IMG/VR virus record: IMGVR_UViG_3300037461_000726
Coordinates: 2,973 to 66,972 of that record
Length of the DNA: 64,000 nucleotides
From: a virus
Strand: one strand, 5' to 3'
Every line of letters starts with the position of its first letter. Within the stretch, counting starts at the first letter, position 1. The translations under genes and the position numbers were made by a program. Shown here piece after piece: positions 26,568-37,900 of this stretch. The notes below the pieces were generated by a model. The model was not told the origin of the DNA. It saw only the letters and a program-made list of their open reading frames with translations, and ran no database searches.

Positions 26568-26669
26568 GGAGTTAAACAAGCGACATGATGGATGCAGTAA
26601 CAGTTACAACGGCACCGGGCGAATTCCCCTCCCCCTTTTCCCCGGTGCCACTCCTAACAAAGAGGACAA

Positions 26670-27335
26670 ATGCAAGAGGGCCAGACATCAGAGTATAAGC
26701 AACAGCTCCTTCCTTTACCGGGACTCTACGTGAAAGAGTGGGTCCCGGACCGTAAGTGTCTTACGTCATTGAAAAAGTGCATACCTCAGAGAACGAAGGA
26801 CAAATGCAAGTATTGGGCTCCAGATAAACTGTGTCCATATCATATGCTGAATACCAACACCGGGGAACAAGTCAAAGTAGAAACTCCAGTCAGTCAAATC
26901 TTCGATGAAAAACGAAACGAACAACGATTACAGCAACTTATAAAGATAAGGCCATCCGATGGTGTTAAGGTTGTGTACGTAACGAAGGCCTTACCTCAGT
27001 TCAATGAAGCCCTGATATACAAGTTCAATCCGGAAATCCACAAGTTCAACGCTGCCACGGAAGATTTCTGGTATGTCGGGTATCCTGACATTCTGAAATT
27101 CTGTGATAAATATTTTCATATCAACAACCAAGATTCGATAAGGGAATGGACAAAGATTTACGCTTTCCCATTACGAAAGTTCCCTAACAAGACTCCTTTT
27201 TTAATCGTAATTGAAGCGGTGCAGTGGGCAATTACCTACAGCAACATGGTTAAAAAAGAACTTGAAGAAATGAAAAATGAGATGGCTGGGGAATTAAAAG
27301 ACCGCTATGGTTTTGTTATAACTAGAGGACATTGA
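26670..27335 (+). CDS. Hypothetical protein, first gene of the rightward arm
   Basis: RBS agagga; 221 aa. Confidence 0.6.
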   Translation: MQEGQTSEYKQQLLPLPGLYVKEWVPDRKCLTSLKKCIPQRTKDKCKYWAPDKLCPYHMLNTNTGEQVKVETPVSQIFDEKRNEQRLQQLIKIRPSDGVKVVYVTKALPQFNEALIYKFNPEIHKFNAATEDFWYVGYPDILKFCDKYFHINNQDSIREWTKIYAFPLRKFPNKTPFLIVIEAVQWAITYSNMVKKELEEMKNEMAGELKDRYGFVITRGH

Positions 27336-27712
27336 AAATGGCAACGAAAAAGAAAAAAGAAAAACCACTGTCTCAGTTGATGAAGGAAATAGGAACGGAA
27401 GCCAATGATTCGGGCAGAATGCTCGTATTGAAGGAATGTGAAAAGGCTGGCATCACGATACCTAAAGTATTAAAGGGAATCGCTGAGGGAATGGAAGCAA
27501 AGGAAGTAAAAGTCACATATTCCGCACAAGAGAGTGAATGGCAATACAGCGAAGAGCAAATTGCATGGCAGATAAGACAGGCCGCGCTCAATCAGGCAAT
27601 AGCGGTATTGGGTATCAAGGCACCGGAAAAGATAGACAGTAAGATAAAGGCCGATGGTCCCATTACTTTTCAAGTGGAATTTGACAGTAAACCAACTGAT
27701 GATGGTAAATGA
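27332..27712 (+). CDS. terS: Probable terminase small subunit
   Basis: Directly upstream of TerL; 126 aa; C-terminal EKID...ITFQVEF. Confidence 0.55.
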   Translation: MKMATKKKKEKPLSQLMKEIGTEANDSGRMLVLKECEKAGITIPKVLKGIAEGMEAKEVKVTYSAQESEWQYSEEQIAWQIRQAALNQAIAVLGIKAPEKIDSKIKADGPITFQVEFDSKPTDDGK

Positions 27713-28986
27713 TGAATAACACGTACAAGGTAGTTTTTCCTGATTATCGCAAGCACCCTGACCAGAATGAATTTGTAGAGTGCGATGCGAAGCGTATCAT
27801 CATCAGAGCAGGAAGACGTGGCGGTAAGACTGTAGGCGCGGGTGCAAGAGCAGCCCGTTCATTTTTGAAGAAAAGAAGGATTCTGTACGCAGCCCCTACA
27901 GCAGACCAGACTGAACGATTTTGGGTCACGGTAATGAAAATCTTCCAGGACCCAATAGACCGTAAGATTCTGTATAAGAATGAAAGTGAACGTGTGTTAG
28001 AGGTTCCCGGCACTGAAATACGAATCAAGGCAAAGACAGCATGGAACGCTGACACATTACGTGGTGACTATGCAGATGACCTTATCCTTGATGAGTGGCA
28101 GTTAACGAATGAGGAAGCTTGGGGGCTGGTTGGTGCACCGATGCTCCTTGACAATAACGGGAATGCAACGTTCATATACACACCGCCATCACTACATTCA
28201 CGCAGTACGAGCAAAGCGCATGACCCGCAACATGCAAGCAAGCTGTTTAAAAAGGCCCAGGAAGAGGAAGCGCTTGCACTGAAAGAAAATAGGCCATCGC
28301 GATGGAAGACTTTTCACTTTTCCAGCGATAAAAATCCGTTTTTAAGTAGAGAGGCCCTTGGCGATATTACGAAGGACATGACCAATTTAGCTTATCGGAT
28401 GGAGGTGCTGGCTGAAGATGTAAATGAAGCGCCGGGCGCATTGTGGACAAGGGAAACGATTGAAAAGAACCGGGTAATGAAGGTGGACACCGATTATGAT
28501 AGACTGGTCGTGGCAATCGACCCTTCAGCAACGAGTGAAGGTGACGAAGCCGGGATAGTTGCAGCCGGTAAGATTGGTGACCATGGATACATAATCGCGG
28601 ACGTTTCAATACAGGGAAGCCCTTTGACATGGGCGCAAAAAGCAATTGATTTGTACAGAAGCTTAGGTGCTAACTGCATAGTGGCCGAGTCCAATCAAGG
28701 TGGAGAAATGATAAGCACCATTATCAGTGGAATCGACCCTCAAATAATGGTAAGTTTGGTCCACGCAAGCAGGGGTAAACAGACAAGAGCGGAACCGATA
28801 GCGGCCAAATATGAGCAGGGATTCGTTCATCATGTAAATAGTTTACCGGCGCTGGAAGACGAAATGTGCTTATGGATTCCCGGTGACAAATCGCCAAATA
28901 GGATGGATGCACTGGTGTGGGCTTGTGCAGAATTGAAGCTTGAAGGAAAAAGTGGCACATCATTCGCCGCTTTCATGGGGGAATAG
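27709..28986 (+). CDS. terL: Terminase large subunit
   Basis: Walker A RAGRRGGKT, LRG...LILDE, nuclease VVAIDPS, SPNRMDALVWA. Confidence 0.93.
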   Translation: MMNNTYKVVFPDYRKHPDQNEFVECDAKRIIIRAGRRGGKTVGAGARAARSFLKKRRILYAAPTADQTERFWVTVMKIFQDPIDRKILYKNESERVLEVPGTEIRIKAKTAWNADTLRGDYADDLILDEWQLTNEEAWGLVGAPMLLDNNGNATFIYTPPSLHSRSTSKAHDPQHASKLFKKAQEEEALALKENRPSRWKTFHFSSDKNPFLSREALGDITKDMTNLAYRMEVLAEDVNEAPGALWTRETIEKNRVMKVDTDYDRLVVAIDPSATSEGDEAGIVAAGKIGDHGYIIADVSIQGSPLTWAQKAIDLYRSLGANCIVAESNQGGEMISTIISGIDPQIMVSLVHASRGKQTRAEPIAAKYEQGFVHHVNSLPALEDEMCLWIPGDKSPNRMDALVWACAELKLEGKSGTSFAAFMGE

Positions 28987-29178
28987 ATGACCGGCAATTA
29001 CAAATGCCCCACACCTAAATACGCTGGTAAGAAAAGACAATGCGTGTGGGTCAATTGTAAGGGAGTTCGGTGCAGGAAAAAGGCAAAGTTCGTTTACTTT
29101 TGCAGTGAACATTTAAGAGTTGCGGGTAAGATTGAAAGCTGCAGTTGTGATACAAATGACGTGGCAATAAAAAGGTAA
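28987..29178 (+). CDS. Cys-rich small hypothetical protein
   Basis: C.W.NC...RC......FCSEH. Confidence 0.45.
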   Translation: MTGNYKCPTPKYAGKKRQCVWVNCKGVRCRKKAKFVYFCSEHLRVAGKIESCSCDTNDVAIKR

Positions 29179-29194
29179 TCAGGGGGAACTTAAA

Positions 29195-30658
29195 ATGCTG
29201 TCTAATGAAGTGAATGTAGTAAATGGTCAGGTCAGAAGTAAACATCAGAAGACAAAGGATTCATACAGCCCGATTGATGAGTACAAGGGTTATGAAATTA
29301 CAGACCATGAGTACGAAATCGCTGTTATCAACAAAAAAAGAGACATTGTGGCTACATTCCCCTATTCCGGGGAAAAGCAATATGACCAAGCAATAAGTAA
29401 GGCAGAACAATGGATTGATGGCCATCCAATAAAAGACTCTGTAAAGGATGCCGATTATAAATATCACGCTTGGATGAAAGAAAAAAATGGAACTTTTAGT
29501 GTGTGGAATACGGCAACTGGTCAAAACGCCGGTGTTTTTAAAACTGAAGAGGAAGCAAGGAAAAAAGCCAGTGAGTTAAATGACAAGCAATTCTCCAAAG
29601 ATTATGACCAAGCTAACGTTGCCGAAAACTACAAGGGATACGATATCGTGGTTTCCGGTAACAACGTGGAAGCCGTTGATAAAAACGGCAACGTCAAAGC
29701 TTCAATTATCAGGGAAACTGATACGGCAACCAGCATTTACAAAGTGAAAAAGATGGTTGACCGGCTTGGCGTATCGAAGGATGCTGAAGGTGAAAGGGAA
29801 TTCAGGACCTATTATGCATGGCGGGCTGCTTGTAAGATGAAGAACCCGAATGTGAAGTTTGACGGCGATGAGGAAATCTGTGAAGCTACGCCGGGAATCG
29901 GTCACTGGGACGGTGATAAAGGTGTTCTTTACAATACGAAGGATAAGAAGACGAAGGATGGAAGCCGAATGTTTTATAACGGGTACTTCATTGAAGTTAA
30001 TGCCGATTTGGTTGTAGTGCGCAAAAAAGACGGCGGTGGTAATGGTAAGCAGTTTGATGTAAGCGGCAATCTTTCCGATGTCATAAATAAAGCTAAAAGT
30101 TGGATTGACCAACATCCTGTTAATGATTCTGACCGGTCCCTTACCCGCGAATACAAGGGCTGGAACATTTACGTTGATGAAAATTCCGGGCAGTACACCG
30201 TTGTGAAGGGTGACAAGTTCTTCAACTTTAAGGGCGGTGCGAACCATAACGATAACGTGTGGAAGATTCAGCGAATTATCGATGAGCAGGGAACGAAGGA
30301 TGAAGCTCCTGATGTTATAGTTATTCGAAAAGTTGCAAAAGGTGAGGATGGTTGGGAGGCGAAAAAGAAAGTCCCGTCAAAGGAAGGTTATGAGGCTCAA
30401 TACAATCCTTACACTGACAATTTGGTGTATGTAAAAGTGAAAGGAATAAGGTTCACTGGTAAGGATAAGGACGATTATCCAGTAGGTGCTGAGGTTAAAT
30501 ATGTTGGCAAAAACGCGGACCCGGCGCTTACCAATGCAAAGGCGATTATAATCGGCGCGGGTGATGACCCCGGAGTTGGCGGTGGCAACATGGTCAGAAT
30601 AAAGTTTGAAAATGGAAGACAGGCAATAGTTCCCTATTCCGATGTCGAACATTTGTAA
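29195..30658 (+). CDS. Modular xKD-linked polyprotein 1 (putative internal head cargo)
   Basis: Leader MLSNEVNVVNGQVRSK..KTKD; about 8 modules ending in IKD/SKD/TKD/VND; several YKG[YW]...ID modules; C-terminal SH3-like module. Confidence 0.7.
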   Translation: MLSNEVNVVNGQVRSKHQKTKDSYSPIDEYKGYEITDHEYEIAVINKKRDIVATFPYSGEKQYDQAISKAEQWIDGHPIKDSVKDADYKYHAWMKEKNGTFSVWNTATGQNAGVFKTEEEARKKASELNDKQFSKDYDQANVAENYKGYDIVVSGNNVEAVDKNGNVKASIIRETDTATSIYKVKKMVDRLGVSKDAEGEREFRTYYAWRAACKMKNPNVKFDGDEEICEATPGIGHWDGDKGVLYNTKDKKTKDGSRMFYNGYFIEVNADLVVVRKKDGGGNGKQFDVSGNLSDVINKAKSWIDQHPVNDSDRSLTREYKGWNIYVDENSGQYTVVKGDKFFNFKGGANHNDNVWKIQRIIDEQGTKDEAPDVIVIRKVAKGEDGWEAKKKVPSKEGYEAQYNPYTDNLVYVKVKGIRFTGKDKDDYPVGAEVKYVGKNADPALTNAKAIIIGAGDDPGVGGGNMVRIKFENGRQAIVPYSDVEHL

Positions 30659-30671
30659 TTAGGAGCCAATA

Positions 30672-32339
30672 ATGTTACTTGAAAACTTATCTATTGTAGG
30701 CGGCAGGGCGATTGTAAAGGATTCCGGTCTTCTGGAATGTCCGCATTGCAACAGTACCTTTGCCCGCGATTTTGTAAGGTCCAAGATGAGGAAGTGGGGC
30801 AAGGATAACCGTACCTTTCACTCCACCCGGCATTGTCCGAACTGTGATAAACGGCTATTCTTAAAGGATGAAAGCGCCGATGTCCTGCGTAAGAAAATAG
30901 ATGCCTTGCAGAGGTACGCTGACCAGTGTAGGCAGACCGGTGAGACTGAGGAGTGCAGGGAGGCCTTGAGGGAAATAGAAAATCTGAAGCTCGAATTTGA
31001 AAGCTTACGGAATAACTTGCCGGTGAACGACTCCGTATCTACTTATCATTTTGAAGGAAAATTGGAAGATTGGAAGAAGTTGGTCCTTTCTGCTTTTCCA
31101 AATGCTGTTATTGGCCCTAATTATAATGGATACAGTGCAAAAGTTGGCGGTATCGATGGTGAGGAGGTCGGCTCCATTGGTGAAATTAAACCCGGTGTGT
31201 ATCGTGGCGGGTATAGAAAAGAATTGCAGGGCAAATTTGGCAAAGACTCTATGGTGGTCAAGTCCTATCCCAACGGATGGGCGATAGTGCAGGTGTCCGG
31301 CGACAAGCTGGCCATACAGCATAATGGTGAGACCATTTCCACTCATGAAGGTGTAACAAATGAAGACATCGAGCGGCTTGACCAGATTGTAAAATCGACC
31401 AAGATGAGTGACTCCAAGACCAAGGACCAAACTCCTTCTCAATATTTCAACTTGCCGGTGAAGAAGACCATAAGGGCAAGGAGCCCGTTAAATGAAAAGG
31501 AAATCACTACCTATGAAGTGATAGGTGAAGATGCGAATACGTACGTTGTCAATCAGTGGTATAAGGAGTACAACCATACGCCGCAGATGATACCGAAGAT
31601 GTTTGTAGATGATGCCGATTCAAAGCAGGAGCTTGAAGCTCAGTTGAAGGAACTGTATGAGCAGATGTACAAGACGAAGCCGAACACCAAGGAGAGCCGC
31701 GAACTTAATGTAAAGGCGCGGGCACTTGAGACCGAACTCAACAAGCGGGCCGGGATGAAGGATGCCGATATAGGGTCACTGAAAAGCCAATTGGATGAAG
31801 CGCTGGCAGAGTTGAGAAACCTGCCTACGGCATCCGGTTCAAGTTCCTCTGAAGTGCAGATGAAGGAAAGCAATTTGGTCCGCAGGATTCATGATTTGGA
31901 AGCGCGGATTTCCGGGACGAAGGACAGCAGCGAAGAAACACAGATAATTGTAAGCTTAAATGACCCGGATGGCAGCTTGATTAAGTTCTTGGAAGCACTG
32001 AAGTCAACCGCAAACCCCGGCCATTCGTTTGAGGTGATAATGGACCCTGACGGCGATGAGCCGCAGAAGTTCGGGTTCGATGGTGACGGTGCCTTTAGAA
32101 TTGGGGATATAAAATACCCGGATAGAGGAAAGACGAAGGATGTTGCTCTTCCGGTAGGAAATCATAACGATGCCCCGGATTCCGATTTTGATGCCGATGA
32201 ACTGGCCAAGGGAATCAAGATAGAAAGCGAACATACCGATGACCCTGAAATTGCAAAGGCCATTGCCAAGGACCACTTGAAGGAAATCCCGGACTATTAC
32301 ACTCGTCTGGACAAAATGGAAAAGGAAGCCAAAAAATAA
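30672..32339 (+). CDS. Modular xKD-linked polyprotein 2; C-terminal DUF5661-like module
   Basis: Leader MLLENLSIVGGRAIVKD; Zn ribbon, helical hairpins, ELAKGIKIESEHTDD..IAKDHLKEIPDYYTRL. Confidence 0.7.
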   Translation: MLLENLSIVGGRAIVKDSGLLECPHCNSTFARDFVRSKMRKWGKDNRTFHSTRHCPNCDKRLFLKDESADVLRKKIDALQRYADQCRQTGETEECREALREIENLKLEFESLRNNLPVNDSVSTYHFEGKLEDWKKLVLSAFPNAVIGPNYNGYSAKVGGIDGEEVGSIGEIKPGVYRGGYRKELQGKFGKDSMVVKSYPNGWAIVQVSGDKLAIQHNGETISTHEGVTNEDIERLDQIVKSTKMSDSKTKDQTPSQYFNLPVKKTIRARSPLNEKEITTYEVIGEDANTYVVNQWYKEYNHTPQMIPKMFVDDADSKQELEAQLKELYEQMYKTKPNTKESRELNVKARALETELNKRAGMKDADIGSLKSQLDEALAELRNLPTASGSSSSEVQMKESNLVRRIHDLEARISGTKDSSEETQIIVSLNDPDGSLIKFLEALKSTANPGHSFEVIMDPDGDEPQKFGFDGDGAFRIGDIKYPDRGKTKDVALPVGNHNDAPDSDFDADELAKGIKIESEHTDDPEIAKAIAKDHLKEIPDYYTRLDKMEKEAKK

Positions 32340-32436
32340 ATGGAGATGGCCGCCGAAAAGAAGTCTCCTTTCGTTTAAGTTTAATATAAAGCAACAAGCG
32401 TTTAGAGTGGCGGCCATCTTCTAGGGAAATAAGGGA

Positions 32437-32904
32437 ATGGGAAAAGACAACCGGGCCAACTGCACAACTGAGGACGTTATAAGGTTACTACGGGAAGGAC
32501 ACGGTATAAAGAAGACCATTAAGTTATGTCATGTAGGTTACAATCACCCGAACGTGATTGAAGCCATGAGCATAATGAGGAAGAACGGGGAGCCGATTAC
32601 AAAGTATGATAAAAAGGTGCCGATAAAACACGGTGACTTGGAGAAGATGGACCGTTCAAATAAAAAGGGCTGGGTAAGGTACATGTTGTCGAACCCGGTC
32701 TATTTCACATCTGTAATGGGCAGGGAATGGTCCGAAGCAAACGTGATGAAGGAAGCCGATAGGCAGTTTTCCGCAGCAGTTTGCGGGTGTTGTGGCAGGG
32801 TACATAGTTTCATACGGTGCATGCCAGATTCAAGTCTTATTGACAATCTGGTGTTTTCCACAAGAAAACTTTATGCGCCGAAAAACAGTTTGGCTCAGGC
32901 ATAA
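32437..32904 (+). CDS. Hypothetical protein, possible HTH
   Basis: VIRLLREGHGIKKTIKLCHVG; CGCCG. Confidence 0.55.
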   Translation: MGKDNRANCTTEDVIRLLREGHGIKKTIKLCHVGYNHPNVIEAMSIMRKNGEPITKYDKKVPIKHGDLEKMDRSNKKGWVRYMLSNPVYFTSVMGREWSEANVMKEADRQFSAAVCGCCGRVHSFIRCMPDSSLIDNLVFSTRKLYAPKNSLAQA

Positions 32905-32917
32905 AAGGGGGATAAAG

Positions 32918-33166
32918 ATGAATGAAACATTGATTGTAGTAATAATTGCGGTAATAGTTATATTGATTGGGCTGGCGATAGCGGGGTTTGAGTTGGCAAT
33001 GCTCGTTTCTCAGATAAAGAAGTTGAGGGCCGACTTGACCACCGTGTTTGAAGGTGTCCTTAAGAGGGAAGACAGATTGGTTATAAAGACGGATGCCGCG
33101 TTGAAGCTTTTGGACGTGATTGTAGAGGCCACGAAAAAGAAAAAAAGAACTGTTAAGGAGAAATGA
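32918..33166 (+). CDS. Single-pass membrane protein with coiled coil
   Basis: MNETLIVVIIAVIVILIGLAIAG; RBS agggggataaag. Confidence 0.6.
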   Translation: MNETLIVVIIAVIVILIGLAIAGFELAMLVSQIKKLRADLTTVFEGVLKREDRLVIKTDAALKLLDVIVEATKKKKRTVKEK

Positions 33167-33170
33167 TAAA

Positions 33171-34505
33171 ATGCTTACGAAAGACGTAACGATAAAAAAC
33201 GGAATGGTAAGAACCAAGGACGATGAAGGTGACGGCACCGTTGTCCATAATGACGGCAATTATCATGTGGAACAGGGACCGGGGCCTTTCTTTTACGTGT
33301 TCAAGGGCAGTGAAGAAATCGACATGTGTAGCACCCTTGAGATAGCGAAGAAGGTAATCAGCGAAGACAAGGGAACGAAGGATGCCGAAGAGCAGACGAT
33401 TGGAAATTACAACGGGTACAAGATGGTCTTCACTGGTGGTTTTCTCAGGGCGCAGGAAGATGGATTTACGAAGTTTGAAGTCCTGTCATCGATGGGTGCC
33501 GGTGGATGGACACAGGCCGATGTAAAGAAGCTGATGGACAAGATAGACTCAAGGGAAAAGTACGGAGTGAGGGATGACGAGGCCTATAGACGATATACGA
33601 TAAGGAAAGAGGGCGATTTGTGGTATCCTTATCATAAGGATGTCAGGACCGGGCAAATAACAAAAGGGAGCGGATTTCCTTCTTTGGAAGCGGTAAAGAA
33701 AGCTCTGGACAAATATTCGGATTATCAAGTAGAATATGACAATCCTGAGTTGTATAAGGGAAAGCCGAGCAAGCCGTTCGCAATAGATGCCATATCTTGG
33801 GATGTTGTAAAGAGCGGAACCACCAGCGGTGTAAAATGGGAAATTTCGCATGATAAAAGCGATGACAGCTATAAAATAGTCTCGGTGGGGGAAAAAGGAA
33901 CAAAGAACATAAATTATTCCCTTTCCTTATCTGATGCCGAAGGTAAGGTTGCAGATGCGGTCAAATTGTTAAGCTACGTGGACGGCCCGCAAAAATATTC
34001 CAAGCAAAGGGATGCCATGTCAGTAAACGAGTATCAGAATAAGATGCAGGAATTGCGTAACAAGGCAAGGGAAGCGCGAAACAGGGGCGACATGAAGGAG
34101 TTCGATAAAATTTCCGAAGAAATAACGAAGTTGAATAAGGAATCGGAAACGAAAGATAGTAAAGTGGGGTTTAGAATCGAAAAAACCAAAAACGGAAAAT
34201 TAATTTCTTCGGTCTCTTTCGAAGTGGAAGAGGAAAAAGAAGCAATTGAAAAAGCAGTTGAAGCAAGTAAAGACGGTAATGGTATGACAGTTTTGTATAG
34301 GGGCAATTCTGTTGTATGGAAAAGAGGAACAAAGGATAAGCAGTGGATACAGATAAAGATTACCTTTCAGAACGGCGAAGTGTGGGAACAGAATTGGGAC
34401 CATTCTCTTGAAGATGCGAAGGGTTATTACATGGGTGGCGAGTTCAATCTTGGTCACGGGGACGGTAAAACATCCAAGGTCGTTAAAGTTGAAGAAATAA
34501 GGTAG
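33171..34505 (+). CDS. Modular xKD-linked polyprotein 3
   Basis: Leader MLTKDVTIKNGMVRTKD; 7 modules ending in GTKD/VRD/AID/QRD/ETKD. Confidence 0.7.
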   Translation: MLTKDVTIKNGMVRTKDDEGDGTVVHNDGNYHVEQGPGPFFYVFKGSEEIDMCSTLEIAKKVISEDKGTKDAEEQTIGNYNGYKMVFTGGFLRAQEDGFTKFEVLSSMGAGGWTQADVKKLMDKIDSREKYGVRDDEAYRRYTIRKEGDLWYPYHKDVRTGQITKGSGFPSLEAVKKALDKYSDYQVEYDNPELYKGKPSKPFAIDAISWDVVKSGTTSGVKWEISHDKSDDSYKIVSVGEKGTKNINYSLSLSDAEGKVADAVKLLSYVDGPQKYSKQRDAMSVNEYQNKMQELRNKAREARNRGDMKEFDKISEEITKLNKESETKDSKVGFRIEKTKNGKLISSVSFEVEEEKEAIEKAVEASKDGNGMTVLYRGNSVVWKRGTKDKQWIQIKITFQNGEVWEQNWDHSLEDAKGYYMGGEFNLGHGDGKTSKVVKVEEIR

Positions 34506-34940
34506 ATGGTTATGTTATTTTCCAATTTGAAAATTGAAAAGGGTCAGGTAATCGCGAAGGACCATGATGTGGCCGGTTCCATCGTGTATCAGGGTTTGCC
34601 GATTACGATTGAGAACGAAGAAGGTTCAATCAGGAAATGGAAGAACCAAGAGGGCGAAAAGGGCAAGACCGAGATGTTCTATCGTTACGGCTACATCGAT
34701 GGAACGATTGGCGTTGACGGCGAGGAAATCGATTGCTTCATCGGCCTAAATCCCTATGCTTCCAACGTATATGTAATCAGGTTGGGGAAGGATGACCGGG
34801 AGGAAAAGGTCATGCTTGGGTTTGACAGCAGGGAGGCCGCAAGAGATGCGTTTCTTGCGCATTATCAGGACCAGAGTTTTTTAGGTGAAATTACGGAAAT
34901 GCCGATGTATCTTTTTAAGGACACGCTGGAGTTTAAATAA
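34506..34940 (+). CDS. Inorganic pyrophosphatase-like (InPase) domain protein carrying the shared leader
   Basis: MLFSNLKIEKGQVIAKD then ITIENEEGSIR...YGYIDGTIGVDGEEID.F.G...EEKVMLGF. Confidence 0.75.
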   Translation: MVMLFSNLKIEKGQVIAKDHDVAGSIVYQGLPITIENEEGSIRKWKNQEGEKGKTEMFYRYGYIDGTIGVDGEEIDCFIGLNPYASNVYVIRLGKDDREEKVMLGFDSREAARDAFLAHYQDQSFLGEITEMPMYLFKDTLEFK

Positions 34941-37900
34941 TGGCTAAGCAGACGAAGAAAAACATAGTTACCAAGGATAAACTTACGCAGGACTCGTTCA
35001 CCAATTTTCTTGCAAAGATTGGTGTCGGTACTGATAACTTAAGTTCATATTCTACGTACAGCCTTAACAACCTGATTTCCAGAAACAGGACGTTGCTTGA
35101 GGCCGCCTATAGGAGCTCGTGGCTCGTAGGAATTTCTGTAGATGCGATTGCTGAGGACATGACTCAGGCAGGCATTACCATGGGCTCCGAGATGGAACCC
35201 GATAACATAAAGAAGCTCCATGTCGCGATGAACGATTTCATCATCTGGAGTGCATTGTGTAGTACGATTAAATGGTCCCGGTTATACGGCGGTGCCATTG
35301 CAGTCATTCTGATTGACGGCGCGAAGTATGACGAGCCGTTAAATCTGAACGCCATCGGCAAGGGTACTTTCAAGGGATTGTTGGTGCTGGACCGCTGGAT
35401 GTGTGAACCTTCCCTTGGCGAATTGGTTGACGATTTAAACAAGGATTTCGGTAAGCCGAAGTATTACAAGATACACACTTCAGTTGGAAATGCCAAGCTG
35501 CCCCGGATAAGGGTCCATTACTCAAGGATATTGAGATTTGACGGGATAGAACTTCCCTTTTATCAAAGGCTGTATGAAAATCATTGGGGCCTGTCTGTTG
35601 TAGAGCGCCTTTATGACAGATTGCTGGCCTATGATTCGGCCACGTTGGGCGCGGCTCAGTTGTTGTCCAAGGCCAGCTTGCGAACGATAGGGGTTAAGAA
35701 TTTAAGAGCAGCGTTAGCGCTTGGCGGGAAGGAAGAAGCTGCAGTAATCAAGCAGTTCAATTACATACGGCAGATGCAGAGCAACGAAGGAATAACGTTA
35801 CTTGATTCTGAAGATACGTTTGACATCAAGAGAAGCTCCTTTGATGGAATAAGTGATTTGCTCGTTCAATTCGGGCAACAGATTTCCGGTGCCACTGGCA
35901 TTCCGTTGGTCAGATTATTTGGCCAGTCACCGTCAGGATTTAACGGCGGTGAAACCGATTTACGAAATTACTATGATGGAATCAAGAGGCTGCAGGGTAA
36001 TGTGTTAAAGGACCCATTGTTGAAGGTGCTTGAAGTTATGTCGGCTTCCATACTTGAGCAGAGACTCCCTGAGGACTTTGAAATCGAATTCAATTCGCTG
36101 TGGCAAATGAGTGACAAGGAAAAGGCAGAACTTAATACATCCGATTCCTCTGCTATACGAGAAGATTATGGCGCGGGAATCATAACCAAGGAATTGGCGC
36201 TGAAGGAAAAATTACAATCATCGAGAACAACTGGCCGGTACACGAACATCACTGAGGAAGACATTGCACAGGCGAAAATCGATGATGAAAATAAGCCCCC
36301 GGAAGGTGGAACTCCGGGAATGCCGCCAAGCGGCGTAGGTGAGGAAAATCCGTTGGGTGCCGGGGAAGAGAGTACGTCAAGCGGCATAGAGGAAAAACCG
36401 AAAGAGGGAATTTCCTTAGAGAGCACGTCACCGGAAAAGGAACAGAGCAAGGAAATCAAATCTCCCATAGAAGGAGTGGAATCATCAATCAATGAAAAGG
36501 AGCAGGAATCAAAGAGAGGACTCGATTTCAAGGCGATAAGAGATAAGATGTTCGCCGCAAGGAAGTACATAAGGGATAAGTTCTTCGGGGATGATTTTAA
36601 GGGCGGCATGGGCTCAGCCGGGTATTCAGGGTATTGGACAGCCAACAACCCGGAAGCTTACATGGAATTTAGAAAGATGCACCCGGAAAAGATTGACGGT
36701 AAATTGATGGACTCTTGGATTAAAGGGTACGCCGGTTATTCATCCGGGTCAAACACGGAGTGGTTTAATAAAGGAGCCAATTACCGGAGAAAAGGGACTG
36801 AGGATGCCGATTTTGAAGAGTCCAAGCACCCAAGGGGAAATCCGCAAAACGCCGGTCAATTTTCATCCGGTGGAGGTGGCGGCGCAAAGAAGGAAGAGAA
36901 ACCCACAAAGAAGGAAGAAAAGGCCCCGGCTGAAAGCAAAAAGCCGCAGGGCGTGTTTAAAGAAGGAATGGACATCCCGGAGGAAGGAAGAAATGTTTCA
37001 GCAGTAAAGTTGGAAGATGGAACAGTTTATTACGACACCAAGGCCATGATTCACGCCGACATGCTGGAAAACAACCCGGACATTCCCGCCGATAAAATTG
37101 TTGACGGCGGTTTTATTGTAAACGGTAAGTATGTAAGCGGCAGCGCGAACGCAAAGGGAATCGGGGAACAGGCAAAGGCAAAGAAGATAGTGGAAGGGTT
37201 GACATCTGGTTCTTCCGTTAAGTTTGTAAAGATGGATAACCTTGATAAAGTAAAAGTAAAGACGATTAATGAGGCTGGGTTATCGGAACAGCAAATTAAA
37301 AAGGTGCTTTCCTTTGACGGTTACGACACTGAAGTTTTTTATGATTTCCCGAAGCGAATGCCCGGTGTTACTTATGTAGTGGCTACGGCCATCGGCAAGG
37401 GCGAGACTGCGACAAAGGGAAAGGAAAAGGATGTAATTGAAACCACTTTTTCAGTGGATAATGACAAGCCTGATGACTTACATCTTGATTTCATGGAGGT
37501 GTACGGCAGTAAAAACAAGGGAATAGCCAAGGCTTACCTTGACCGAATTGAACAGTATGCGCGGGAAAATGGAAAGAAGACAATATCGTTGCTTGCGGAC
37601 ATTTCCATTGGCCGTTATGCGTGGGCCAAGATGGGATTTAAGGCTGACCAAGAGACGGTTGACCGTTTGAGGAAAGAGCTGATTGTTCACGCTTCAAACG
37701 TATTAAAGATGAAGTACGGCGGCACCAACGAATTTGGAAAGAAAAGACGGGAATTGATTACGGCCATAGAACCCCTTAAGAGTGTTGAGGAGATTGCAGA
37801 TTTTGAGTTTCCCGACACTGAATACACTGCGAAGGAATTGACCGATTCTAAAGGTTTTCATAATAATGATGTTCCAATGGACATGAAATTGAAAGTCGGG

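Noticed and set aside
32918-33166. Holin or spanin call for the single-TM protein
   Set aside because: No endolysin or partner lipoprotein is adjacent; the evidence supports only 'membrane protein'.
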